From the NCBI RefSeq assembly GCF_009914755.1, contig NC_060939.1: 64,000 nucleotides of DNA; one strand, given 5' to 3'. Position 1 is the first letter of the stretch. The number at the start of each line of letters is the position of its first letter. Shown one piece after another: positions 23,899 through 37,554 of the stretch. The notes beneath the pieces are model-generated. The model did not search any database. It worked only from the letters and a program-made list of their open reading frames with translations, and was not told where the DNA came from. This stretch comes from the human T2T-CHM13v2.0 reference genome, Homo sapiens. Both the position numbers and the translations under genes were made by a program.

Positions 23899-26800
23899 CT
23901 TTCCACAGTACGCCTCAAAGTTCTCCAATTATCCACTCGTAGATCCTGCAAAAAGAGAGATTCAAAACTGCTCAATCAAAAGATAGTTTCTACTCCATTA
24001 GCTGAAAGACCACATCACAAAAAAAGTTTCTCAGGATGCTTCTGTGTAGTTTTTATGTGAAGATATTTGGTTTTCCACAGTAGGCCTCAAAGCGCTCCAA
24101 ATATCCACTCACAGATTCTGCAAAAAGAGAGATTCAAAACTGCTGAATCAAAAGACAGTTTCAACTCTGTGACTTCAGTGCACACCTCACAAGGATGTTT
24201 CTCAGAATGCTTCTGTGTAGTTTTTATATAAAGATATCTCCTTCTCCAAAATGGATCTCAAAGTTCTCCAAATATTCACTTCCAGATTCTATGGAAAGAT
24301 TGTCTCAAAACTGCTCAATCAAACCAAAGGTTCAACTCTGTGAGATGAATGCCCACATCACAAAGAAGTTTCTCAGAGTACTTCTGTGTAGTTTCTATTT
24401 GAGGATAGTTCCTTTTCCACCACAGACCAGAAAGGGCTCCAAATATCCATTGCAGATGGTACAAAAAGTGAGATTCAAAACTGCTCAATCCAAAGGTAGT
24501 TTCAACCATGTGATATGAATGCACACAGCACAGAGAATTTTCTCAAAATGCGTCTGTCTAGTTTTTATTTGAAGATATTTCCTTTTCTACCATAGGCCAC
24601 AAACGTCTCCAAATATCCACATGCAGCTTCTACAAAAAGAGAGATTCAAAACTTCTCAATCAAAAGATAGGTTCAACTCTGTGAGTTGAAAGCACACCTC
24701 ACAGAGAAGTTTCTCAGAGTGCTTCTGTGTGTTTTTATGTGAAGATATTTCCTTTTCCACAATAGGCCTCAAAGCTCTCCAAATATCTGCGAGCAGAGTC
24801 TACAAAATGAGAGATTCAAAACTGCTCAATGAAAAGATAGGTTCAACTCTGTGAGTTGAATGCACACCTCCAAAGAAGTTTCTCAGAATGCTTCCGTGTA
24901 GTTTTTATGTGAAGATATTTACTTTTCCACAGTTGTCCCAAAGCTCTAAAATGTCCACTTGCAGACCCTCCAAAAGAGTGTTTCAGAATTGCTCAATCAA
25001 AGGGAAGGTTCAATTCTGTGTGACCAATGCACTCATCACAAAGAAGTTTGTCTGAATGCTTCTGTGTAGAATTGATTTGAAGATAATTCCTTTTCCACCA
25101 CAGTCCGCAAAGGGCTAAAAATATCCACTTGCCGATTCCACAAAAAGAGAGATTCAAAACTGCTCAATCACAAGATAGGTTCAACTTGGTAATTGGAAAG
25201 CACACATGACAAACAATTTCTGAGAATGTTTCTGTGTAGTTTTTAAGGGAAGATATTTGATTTTCAAATGTAGGCCTCAAATCGCTCCAAATATCCACTT
25301 GCATATTGTACAAAAAGAGAGATTCAAAACTGGTCACTCAAAAGTTAGGTCCAGCTCTGTGAGCTGAATGCACACATCACAAAGATGTTTCTCAGAAGGT
25401 TTCTGTATAGTTTTTATATGAAGATATTGGCTTTTCCACAATATGCCTCAAATCTCCCCAATTATCCACTTGCAGATTCTAGAAAAAGAGTGTTTCAAAA
25501 CAGCTCAATCAAAATAAACTTTCAACTCTGTGAGATCAATGCACACATCACAAAGAAGTTTCTCAGAATGCTTCTGTGTAGTTTTTTTTGTGAAGATATT
25601 TGATTTTCCACAGCAGGCTTCCAAGCACTCCAAATATCCACTCGCAGATTCTGCAAAAAGAGAGATTCAAATCTGCTGAATCAAAAGATAGGTTTAACTC
25701 TGTGACTTCAATGCACACCTCACAAGGGTGTTTCTCAGAAAGCTTCTGTGTAGTTTTTATATGAAGATATCTCCTTCTCCAAAGCAGGTCTCAAAGCCCT
25801 CCAAATATTCACTTCAAGATTCTACGGAAAGATTGTCTCAACACTGCTAAATCTAAACAAATGTTCAACTCTGTGTGATGAATGCACTCATCACAGAGAA
25901 GTTTCTCTGAATGCCTCTGTGTAGTTTTTATTTGAAGATATTTGCTTTTCCAGTATAGGGCGAAATAGGGCTCCAAATATTCACTTGCAGATTCTACAAA
26001 AGGAGAGATTCCAAACTGCTCAATCAAAACATAGGTTCAACACTGTGAGTTGAATGCACACATCACAAAGAAGTTTCACAGAGTGCTTCTGGGTAGTTTT
26101 TATTTGAGGATATTTCCCTTTCCACAATAGGCCTCAAAGCTTTCCAAATATCCACTTGCAGATTCTGCAAAAAGAGAGATACAAAACTGCTCTATCAAAA
26201 GATAGATTCGACTCTGTGAGTTGAATGCCAACATCGCAAAGAAGTTTCTCAGAATGCTTCTCTGCAGCTTTTTTGTGAGTATGTTTCGTTTTCCACCATA
26301 GGGCGAAATGGGGCTCCAAATATCCACTTGCATTTCCTACAAAAAGAGAGATTCTAAGCTGCTCAATCAAAACATTGTTTCAACACGGTTAGTTGAATGC
26401 ACACATCCCAAAGATGTTTTTCAGAGTGCTTCTGCGTGGTTTTTATGTGAAGATACTTCCTTTTCCACAATAGGCCTCAAATCTCTGTAAATATCCACTT
26501 GCAGACTCTACAAAGAGTGTTTCCAAACTCCTCAATCATAAGATAGGTTCAACTCCGATAGTTGAATGCACACATCACAAAGAAGTTTCTCGGAAAGCTT
26601 CTGTGTAGTTTTTGATGAAGATATCTTCTTCTCTAAAACAGAACTCCAAGCCCTCCAAATATTCACTTCAAGATTCTACGGAAAGATTGTCTCAAACTGC
26701 TAAATCAAAACAAAGGTTCAACTCTGTGTGATGAATGCATTCATCACAAAGAAGTTTCTCTGAGTGCTTCTGTGCAGTTTTTATTTGAAGATAATTGCTT

Positions 26801-27312
26801 TTCCAGTATAGGGCGAAATAGGGCTCCAAATATTCACTTGCAGATTCTACAGAAAGAGAGATTCCAAACTGCTCAATCAAAACATAGGTTCAACACTGTG
26901 AGTTGAATGCATACATCGCAAAGAAGTTTCACAGAGTACTTCTGGGTGGTTTTTATTTGAAGATATTTCCCTTTCCACAATAGGCCTCAAAGCTTTCCAA
27001 ATGTCCACTTGCAGATTCCACCAAAAGAGTGTTTCGAAACTGCTCAATCAAAAGAAAGGTTCTACTCTGTGGGATGAATGCACACATCACAAAGTAGTTT
27101 CTCAGAATGCTTCTGTGTAGTTTTTATGTGAAGATATTTGTTTTTCCACAGTAGGCCCCAAAGAGCTCCAAATATTCACTTGCAGATTCTACAAAAAGAG
27201 TGTTCCAAAACTGCTCAATCATGAAATAGGATCAACCCTGTGAGATGAATGTACGTATGACAGAGAAGTTTCTCAGAATGCTTCTGTGTAGTTTTTATGC
27301 GAAGATATTCGA
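23899..27312. repeat. HOR copy 8
   Basis: 1531G, 3319A; private C at 26435, visible in the ORF track as SASAW versus SASVW. Confidence 0.96.
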
Positions 27313-30300
27313 CTTTCCACAGTACGCCTCAAAGTTCTCCAATTATCCACTCGTAGATCCTGCAAAAAGAGAGATTCAAAACTGCTCAATCAAAAGATAG
27401 TTTCTACTCCATTAGCTGAAAGACCACATCACAAAAAAAGTTTCTCAGGATGCTTCTGTGTAGTTTTTATGTGAAGATATTTGGTTTTCCACAGTAGGCC
27501 TCAAAGCGCTCCAAATATCCACTCACAGATTCTGCAAAAAGAGAGATTCAAAACTGCTGAATCAAAAGACAGTTTCAACTCTGTGACTTCAGTGCACACC
27601 TCACAAGGATGTTTCTCAGAATGCTTCTGTGTAGTTTTTATATAAAGATATCTCCTTCTCCAAAATGGATCTCAAAGTTCTCCAAATATTCACTTCCAGA
27701 TTCTATGGAAAGATTGTCTCAAAACTGCTCAATCAAACCAAAGGTTCAACTCTGTGAGATGAATGCCCACATCACAAAGAAGTTTCTCAGAGTACTTCTG
27801 TGTAGTTTCTATTTGAGGATAGTTCCTTTTCCACCACAGACCAGAAAGGGCTCCAAATATCCATTGCAGATGGTACAAAAAGTGAGATTCAAAACTGTTC
27901 AATCCAAAGGTAGTTTCAACCATGTGATATGAATGCACACAGCACAGAGAATTTTCTCAAAATGTGTCTGTCTAGTTTTTATTTGAAGATATTTCCTTTT
28001 CTACCATAGGCCACAAACGTCTCCAAATATCCACATGCAGCTTCTACAAAAAGAGAGATTCAAAACTTCTCAATCAAAAGATAGGTTCAACTCTGTGAGT
28101 TGAAAGCACACCTCACAGAGAAGTTTCTCAGAGTGCTTCTGTGTGTTTTTATGTGAAGATATTTCCTTTTCCACAATAGGCCTCAAAGCTCTCCAAATAT
28201 CTGCGAGCAGAGTCTACAAAATGAGAGATTCAAAACTGCTCAATGAAAAGATAGGTTCAACTCTGTGAGTTGAATGCACACCTCCAAAGAAGTTTCTCAG
28301 AATGCTTCCGTGTAGTTTTTATGTGAAGATATTTACTTTTCCACAGTTGTCCCAAAGCTCTAAAATGTCCACTTGCAGACCCTCCAAAAGAGTGTTTCAG
28401 AATTGCTCAATCAAAGGGAAGGTTCAATTCTGTGTGACCAATGCACTCATCACAAAGAAGTTTGTCTGAATGCTTCTGTGTAGAATTGATTTGAAGATAA
28501 TTCCTTTTCCACCACAGTCCGCAAAGGGCTAAAAATATCCACTTGCCGATTCCACAAAAAGAGAGATTCAAAACTGCTCAATCACAAGATAGGTTCAACT
28601 TGGTAATTGGAAAGCACACATGACAAACAATTTCTGAGAATGTTTCTGTGTAGTTTTTAAGGGAAGATATTTGATTTTCAAATGTAGGCCTCAAATCGCT
28701 CCAAATATCCACTTGCATATTGTACAAAAAGAGAGATTCAAAACTGGTCACTCAAAAGTTAGGTCCAGCTCTGTGAGCTGAATGCACACATCACAAAGAT
28801 GTTTCTCAGAAGGTTTCTGTATAGTTTTTATATGAAGATATTTGCTTTTCCACAATATGCCTCAAATCTCCCCAATTATCCACTTGCAGATTCTAGAAAA
28901 AGAGTGTTTCAAAACAGCTCAATCAAAATAAACTTTCAACTCTGTGAGATCAATGCACACATCACAAAGAAGTTTCTCAGAATGCTTCTGTGTAGTTTTT
29001 TTTGTGAAGATATTTGATTTTCCACAGCAGGCTTCCAAGCACTCCAAATATCCACTCGCAGATTCTGCAAAAAGAGAGATTCAAATCTGCTGAATCAAAA
29101 GATAGGTTTAACTCTGTGACTTCAATGCACACCTCACAAGGGTGTTTCTCAGAAAGCTTCTGTGTAGTTTTTATATGAAGATATCTCCTTCTCCAAAGCA
29201 GGTCTCAAAGCCCTCCAAATATTCACTTCAAGATTCTACGGAAAGATTGTCTCAACACTGCTAAATCTAAACAAATGTTCAACTCTGTGTGATGAATGCA
29301 CTCATCACAGAGAAGTTTCTCTGAATGCCTCTGTGTAGTTTTTATTTGAAGATATTTGCTTTTCCAGTATAGGGCGAAATAGGGCTCCAAATATTCACTT
29401 GCAGATTCTACAAAAGGAGAGATTCCAAACTGCTCAATCAAAACATAGGTTCAACACTGTGAGTTGAATGCACACATCACAAAGAAGTTTCACAGAGTGC
29501 TTCTGGGTAGTTTTTATTTGAGGATATTTCCCTTTCCACAATAGGCCTCAAAGCTTTCCAAATATCCACTTGCAGATTCTGCAAAAAGAGAGATACAAAA
29601 CTGCTCTATCAAAAGATAGATTCGACTCTGTGAGTTGAATGCCAACATCGCAAAGAAGTTTCTCAGAATGCTTCTCTGCAGCTTTTTTGTGAGTATGTTT
29701 CGTTTTCCACCATAGGGCGAAATGGGGCTCCAAATATCCACTTGCATTTCCTACAAAAAGAGAGATTCTAAGCTGCTCAATCAAAACATTGTTTCAACAC
29801 GGTTAGTTGAATGCACACATCCCAAAGATGTTTTTCAGAGTGCTTCTGTGTGGTTTTTATGTGAAGATACTTCCTTTTCCACAATAGGCCTCAAATCTCT
29901 GTAAATATCCACTTGCAGACTCTACAAAGAGTGTTTCCAAACTCCTCAATCATAAGATAGGTTCAACTCCGATAGTTGAATGCACACATCACAAAGAAGT
30001 TTCTCGGAAAGCTTCTGTGTAGTTTTTGATGAAGATATCTTCTTCTCTAAAACAGAACTCCAAGCCCTCCAAATATTCACTTCAAGATTCTACGGAAAGA
30101 TTGTCTCAAACTGCTAAATCAAAACAAAGGTTCAACTCTGTGTGATGAATGCATTCATCACAAAGAAGTTTCTCTGAGTGCTTCTGTGCAGTTTTTATTT
30201 GAAGATAATTGCTTTTCCAGTATAGGGCGAAATAGGGCTCCAAATATTCACTTGCAGATTCTACAGAAAGAGAGATTCCAAACTGCTCAATCAAAACATA

Positions 30301-30726
30301 GGTTCAACACTGTGAGTTGAATGCATACATCGCAAAGAAGTTTCACAGAGTACTTCTGGGTGGTTTTTATTTGAAGATATTTCCCTTTCCACAATAGGCC
30401 TCAAAGCTTTCCAAATGTCCACTTGCAGATTCCACCAAAAGAGTGTTTCGAAACTGCTCAATCAAAAGAAAGGTTCTACTCTGTGGGATGAATGCACACA
30501 TCACAAAGTAGTTTCTCAGAATGCTTCTGTGTAGTTTTTATGTGAAGATATTTGTTTTTCCACAGTAGGCCCCAAAGAGCTCCAAATATTCACTTGCAGA
30601 TTCTACAAAAAGAGTGTTCCAAAACTGCTCAATCATGAAATAGGATCAACCCTGTGAGATGAATGTACGTATGACAGAGAAGTTTCTCAGAATGCTTCTG
30701 TGTAGTTTTTATGCGAAGATATTCGA
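27313..30726. repeat. HOR copy 9
   Basis: Offsets 586T (27898), 1531T, 3319A; private T at 27965. Confidence 0.96.
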
Positions 30727-33700
30727 CTTTCCACAGTACGCCTCAAAGTTCTCCAATTATCCACTCGTAGATCCTGCAAAAAGAGAGATTCAAAACTGCT
30801 CAATCAAAAGATAGTTTCTACTCCATTAGCTGAAAGACCACATCACAAAAAAAGTTTCTCAGGATGCTTCTGTGTAGTTTTTATGTGAAGATATTTGGTT
30901 TTCCACAGTAGGCCTCAAAGCGCTCCAAATATCCACTCACAGATTCTGCAAAAAGAGAGATTCAAAACTGCTGAATCAAAAGACAGTTTCAACTCTGTGA
31001 CTTCAGTGCACACCTCACAAGGATGTTTCTCAGAATGCTTCTGTGTAGTTTTTATATAAAGATATCTCCTTCTCCAAAATGGATCTCAAAGTTCTCCAAA
31101 TATTCACTTCCAGATTCTATGGAAAGATTGTCTCAAAACTGCTCAATCAAACCAAAGGTTCAACTCTGTGAGATGAATGCCCACATCACAAAGAAGTTTC
31201 TCAGAGTACTTCTGTGTAGTTTCTATTTGAGGATAGTTCCTTTTCCACCACAGACCAGAAAGGGCTCCAAATATCCATTGCAGATGGTACAAAAAGTGAG
31301 ATTCAAAACTGCTCAATCCAAAGGTAGTTTCAACCATGTGATATGAATGCACACAGCACAGAGAATTTTCTCAAAATGCGTCTGTCTAGTTTTTATTTGA
31401 AGATATTTCCTTTTCTACCATAGGCCACAAACGTCTCCAAATATCCACATGCAGCTTCTACAAAAAGAGAGATTCCAAACTTCTCAATCAAAAGATAGGT
31501 TCAACTCTGTGAGTTGAAAGCACACCTCACAGAGAAGTTTCTCAGAGTGCTTCTGTGTGTTTTTATGTGAAGATATTTCCTTTTCCACAATAGGCCTCAA
31601 AGCTCTCCAAATATCTGCGAGCAGAGTCTACAAAATGAGAGATTCAAAACTGCTCAATGAAAAGATAGGTTCAACTCTGTGAGTTGAATGCACACCTCCA
31701 AAGAAGTTTCTCAGAATGCTTCCGTGTAGTTTTTATGTGAAGATATTTACTTTTCCACAGTTGTCCCAAAGCTCTAAAATGTCCACTTGCAGACCCTCCA
31801 AAAGAGTGTTTCAGAATTGCTCAATCAAAGGGAAGGTTCAATTCTGTGTGACCAATGCACTCATCACAAAGAAGTTTGTCTGAATGCTTCTGTGTAGAAT
31901 TGATTTGAAGATAATTCCTTTTCCACCACAGTCCGCAAAGGGCTAAAAATATCCACTTGCCGATTCCACAAAAAGAGAGATTCAAAACTGCTCAATCACA
32001 AGATAGGTTCAACTTGGTAATTGGAAAGCACACATGACAAACAATTTCTGAGAATGTTTCTGTGTAGTTTTTAAGGGAAGATATTTGATTTTCAAATGTA
32101 GGCCTCAAATCGCTCCAAATATCCACTTGCATATTGTACAAAAAGAGAGATTCAAAACTGGTCACTCAAAAGTTAGGTCCAGCTCTGTGAGCTGAATGCA
32201 CACATCACAAAGATGTTTCTCAGAAGGTTTCTGTATAGTTTCTATATGAAGATATTTGCTTTTCCACAATATGCCTCAAATCTCCCCAATTATCCACTTG
32301 CAGATTCTAGAAAAAGAGTGTTTCAAAACAGCTCAATCAAAATAAACTTTCAACTCTGTGAGATCAATGCACACATCACAAAGAAGTTTCTCAGAATGCT
32401 TCTGTGTAGTTTTTTTTGTGAAGATATTTGATTTTCCACAGCAGGCTTCCAAGCACTCCAAATATCCACTCGCAGATTCTGCAAAAAGAGAGATTCAAAT
32501 CTGCTGAATCAAAAGATAGGTTTAACTCTGTGACTTCAATGCACACCTCACAAGGGTGTTTCTCAGAAAGCTTCTGTGTAGTTTTTATATGAAGATATCT
32601 CCTTCTCCAAAGCAGGTCTCAAAGCCCTCCAAATATTCACTTCAAGATTCTACGGAAAGATTGTCTCAACACTGCTAAATCTAAACAAATGTTCAACTCT
32701 GTGTGATGAATGCACTCATCACAGAGAAGTTTCTCTGAATGCCTCTGTGTAGTTTTTATTTGAAGATATTTGCTTTTCCAGTATAGGGCGAAATAGGGCT
32801 CCAAATATTCACTTGCAGATTCTACAAAAGGAGAGATTCCAAACTGCTCAATCAAAACATAGGTTCAACACTGTGAGTTGAATGCACACATCACAAAGAA
32901 GTTTCACAGAGTGCTTCTGGGTAGTTTTTATTTGAGGATATTTCCCTTTCCACAATAGGCCTCAAAGCTTTCCAAATATCCACTTGCAGATTCTGCAAAA
33001 AGAGAGATACAAAACTGCTCTATCAAAAGATAGATTCGACTCTGTGAGTTGAATGCCAACATCGCAAAGAAGTTTCTCAGAATGCTTCTCTGCAGCTTTT
33101 TTGTGAGTATGTTTCGTTTTCCACCATAGGGCGAAATGGGGCTCCAAATATCCACTTGCATTTCCTACAAAAAGAGAGATTCTAAGCTGCTCAATCAAAA
33201 CATTGTTTCAACACGGTTAGTTGAATGCACACATCCCAAAGATGTTTTTCAGAGTGCTTCTGTGTGGTTTTTATGTGAAGATACTTCCTTTTCCACAATA
33301 GGCCTCAAATCTCTGTAAATATCCACTTGCAGACTCTACAAAGAGTGTTTCCAAACTCCTCAATCATAAGATAGGTTCAACTCCGATAGTTGAATGCACA
33401 CATCACAAAGAAGTTTCTCGGAAAGCTTCTGTGTAGTTTTTGATGAAGATATCTTCTTCTCTAAAACAGAACTCCAAGCCCTCCAAATATTCACTTCAAG
33501 ATTCTACGGAAAGATTGTCTCAAACTGCTAAATCAAAACAAAGGTTCAACTCTGTGTGATGAATGCATTCATCACAAAGAAGTTTCTCTGAGTGCTTCTG
33601 TGCAGTTTTTATTTGAAGATAATTGCTTTTCCAGTATAGGGCGAAATAGGGCTCCAAATATTCACTTGCAGATTCTACAGAAAGAGAGATTCCAAACTGC

Positions 33701-34140
33701 TCAATCAAAACATAGGTTCAACACTGTGAGTTGAATGCATACATCGCAAAGAAGTTTCACAGAGTACTTCTGGGTGGTTTTTATTTGAAGATATTTCCCT
33801 TTCCACAATAGGCCTCAAAGCTTTCCAAATGTCCACTTGCAGATTCCACCAAAAGAGTGTTTCGAAACTGCTCAATCAAAAGAAAGGTTCTACTCTGTGG
33901 GATGAATGCACACATCACAAAGTAGTTTCTCAGAATGCTTCTGTGTAGTTTTTATGTGAAGATATTTGTTTTTCCACAGTAGGCCCCAAAGAGCTCCAAA
34001 TATTCACTTGCAGATTCTACAAAAAGAGTGTTCCAAAACTGCTCAATCATGAAATAGGATCAACCCTGTGAGATGAATGTACGTATGACAGAGAAGTTTC
34101 TCAGAATGCTTCTGTGTAGTTTTTATGCGAAGATATTCGA
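30727..34140. repeat. HOR copy 10
   Basis: Offsets 750C (31476), 1516C (32242), 1531T, 3319A. Confidence 0.96.
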
Positions 34141-37100
34141 CTTTCCACAGTACGCCTCAAAGTTCTCCAATTATCCACTCGTAGATCCTGCAAAAAGAGA
34201 GATTCAAAACTGCTCAATCAAAAGATAGTTTCTACTCCATTAGCTGAAAGACCACATCACAAAAAAAGTTTCTCAGGATGCTTCTGTGTAGTTTTTATGT
34301 GAAGATATTTGGTTTTCCACAGTAGGCCTCAAAGCGCTCCAAATATCCACTCACAGATTCTGCAAAAAGAGAGATTCAAAACTGCTGAATCAAAAGACAG
34401 TTTCAACTCTGTGACTTCAGTGCACACCTCACAAGGATGTTTCTCAGAATGCTTCTGTGTAGTTTTTATATAAAGATATCTCCTTCTCCAAAATGGATCT
34501 CAAAGTTCTCCAAATATTCACTTCCAGATTCTATGGAAAGATTGTCTCAAAACTGCTCAATCAAACCAAAGGTTCAACTCTGTGAGATGAATGCCCACAT
34601 CACAAAGAAGTTTCTCAGAGTACTTCTGTGTAGTTTCTATTTGAGGATAGTTCCTTTTCCACCACAGACCAGAAAGGGCTCCAAATATCCATTGCAGATG
34701 GTACAAAAAGTGAGATTCAAAACTGCTCAATCCAAAGGTAGTTTCAACCATGTGATATGAATGCACACAGCACAGAGAATTTTCTCAAAATGCGTCTGTC
34801 TAGTTTTTATTTGAAGATATTTCCTTTTCTACCATAGGCCACAAACGTCTCCAAATATCCACATGCAGCTTCTACAAAAAGAGAGATTCAAAACTTCTCA
34901 ATCAAAAGATAGGTTCAACTCTGTGAGTTGAAAGCACACCTCACAGAGAAGTTTCTCAGAGTGCTTCTGTGTGTTTTTATGTGAAGATATTTCCTTTTCC
35001 ACAATAGGCCTCAAAGCTCTCCAAATATCTGCGAGCAGAGTCTACAAAATGAGAGATTCAAAACTGCTCAATGAAAAGATAGGTTCAACTCTGTGAGTTG
35101 AATGCACACCTCCAAAGAAGTTTCTCAGAATGCTTCCGTGTAGTTTTTATGTGAAGATATTTACTTTTCCACAGTTGTCCCAAAGCTCTAAAATGTCCAC
35201 TTGCAGACCCTCCAAAAGAGTGTCTCAGAATTGCTCAATCAAAGGGAAGGTTCAATTCTGTGTGACCAATGCACTCATCACAAAGAAGTTTGTCTGAATG
35301 CTTCTGTGTAGAATTGATTTGAAGATAATTCCTTTTCCACCACAGTCCGCAAAGGGCTAAAAATATCCACTTGCCGATTCCACAAAAAGAGAGATTCAAA
35401 ACTGCTCAATCACAAGATAGGTTCAACTTGGTAATTGGAAAGCACACATGACAAACAATTTCTGAGAATGTTTCTGTGTAGTTTTTAAGGGAAGATATTT
35501 GATTTTCAAATGTAGGCCTCAAATCGCTCCAAATATCCACTTGCATATTGTACAAAAAGAGAGATTCAAAACTGGTCACTCAAAAGTTAGGTCCAGCTCT
35601 GTGAGCTGAATGCACACATCACAAAGATGTTTCTCAGAAGGTTTCTGTATAGTTTTTATATGAAGATATTGGCTTTTCCACAATATGCCTCAAATCTCCC
35701 CAATTATCCACTTGCAGATTCTAGAAAAAGAGTGTTTCAAAACAGCTCAATCAAAATAAACTTTCAACTCTGTGAGATCAATGCACACATCACAAAGAAG
35801 TTTCTCAGAATGCTTCTGTGTAGTTTTTTTTGTGAAGATATTTGATTTTCCACAGCAGGCTTCCAAGCACTCCAAATATCCACTCGCAGATTCTGCAAAA
35901 AGAGAGATTCAAATCTGCTGAATCAAAAGATAGGTTTAACTCTGTGACTTCAATGCACACCTCACAAGGGTGTTTCTCAGAAAGCTTCTGTGTAGTTTTT
36001 ATATGAAGATATCTCCTTCTCCAAAGCAGGTCTCAAAGCCCTCCAAATATTCACTTCAAGATTCTACGGAAAGATTGTCTCAACACTGCTAAATCTAAAC
36101 AAATGTTCAACTCTGTGTGATGAATGCACTCATCACAGAGAAGTTTCTCTGAATGCCTCTGTGTAGTTTTTATTTGAAGATATTTGCTTTTCCAGTATAG
36201 GGCGAAATAGGGCTCCAAATATTCACTTGCAGATTCTACAAAAGGAGAGATTCCAAACTGCTCAATCAAAACATAGGTTCAACACTGTGAGTTGAATGCA
36301 CACATCACAAAGAAGTTTCACAGAGTGCTTCTGGGTAGTTTTTATTTGAGGATATTTCCCTTTCCACAATAGGCCTCAAAGCTTTCCAAATATCCACTTG
36401 CAGATTCTGCAAAAAGAGAGATACAAAACTGCTCTATCAAAAGATAGATTCGACTCTGTGAGTTGAATGCCAACATCGCAAAGAAGTTTCTCAGAATGCT
36501 TCTCTGCAGCTTTTTTGTGAGTATGTTTCGTTTTCCACCATAGGGCGAAATGGGGCTCCAAATATCCACTTGCATTTCCTACAAAAAGAGAGATTCTAAG
36601 CTGCTCAATCAAAACATTGTTTCAACACGGTTAGTTGAATGCACACATCCCAAAGATGTTTTTCAGAGTGCTTCTGTGTGGTTTTTATGTGAAGATACTT
36701 CCTTTTCCACAATAGGCCTCAAATCTCTGTAAATATCCACTTGCAGACTCTACAAAGAGTGTTTCCAAACTCCTCAATCATAAGATAGGTTCAACTCTGA
36801 TAGTTGAATGCACACATCACAAAGAAGTTTCTCGGAAAGCTTCTGTGTAGTTTTTGATGAAGATATCTTCTTCTCTAAAACAGAACTCCAAGCCCTCCAA
36901 ATATTCACTTCAAGATTCTACGGAAAGATTGTCTCAAACTGCTAAATCAAAACAAAGGTTCAACTCTGTGTGATGAATGCATTCATCACAAAGAAGTTTC
37001 TCTGAGTGCTTCTGTGCAGTTTTTATTTGAAGATAATTGCTTTTCCAGTATAGGGCGAAATAGGGCTCCAAATATTCACTTGCAGATTCTACAGAAAGAG

Positions 37101-37554
37101 AGATTCCAAACTGCTCAATCAAAACATAGGTTCAACACTGTGAGTTGAATGCATACATCGCAAAGAAGTTTCACAGAGTACTTCTGGGTGGTTTTTATTT
37201 GAAGATATTTCCCTTTCCACAATAGGCCTCAAAGCTTTCCAAATGTCCACTTGCAGATTCCACCAAAAGAGTGTTTCGAAACTGCTCAATCAAAAGAAAG
37301 GTTCTACTCTGTGGGATGAATGCACACATCACAAAGTAGTTTCTCAGAATGCTTCTGTGTAGTTTTTATGTGAAGATATTTGTTTTTCCACAGTAGGCCC
37401 CAAAGAGCTCCAAATATTCACTTGCAGATTCTACAAAAAGAGTGTTCCAAAACTGCTCAATCATGAAATAGGATCAACCCTGTGAGATGAATGTACGTAT
37501 GACAGAGAAGTTTCTCAGAATGCTTCTGTGTAGTTTTTATGCGAAGATATTCGA
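34141..37554. repeat. HOR copy 11
   Basis: Offsets 1084C (35224), 1531G, 3319A; private T at 36798. Confidence 0.96.
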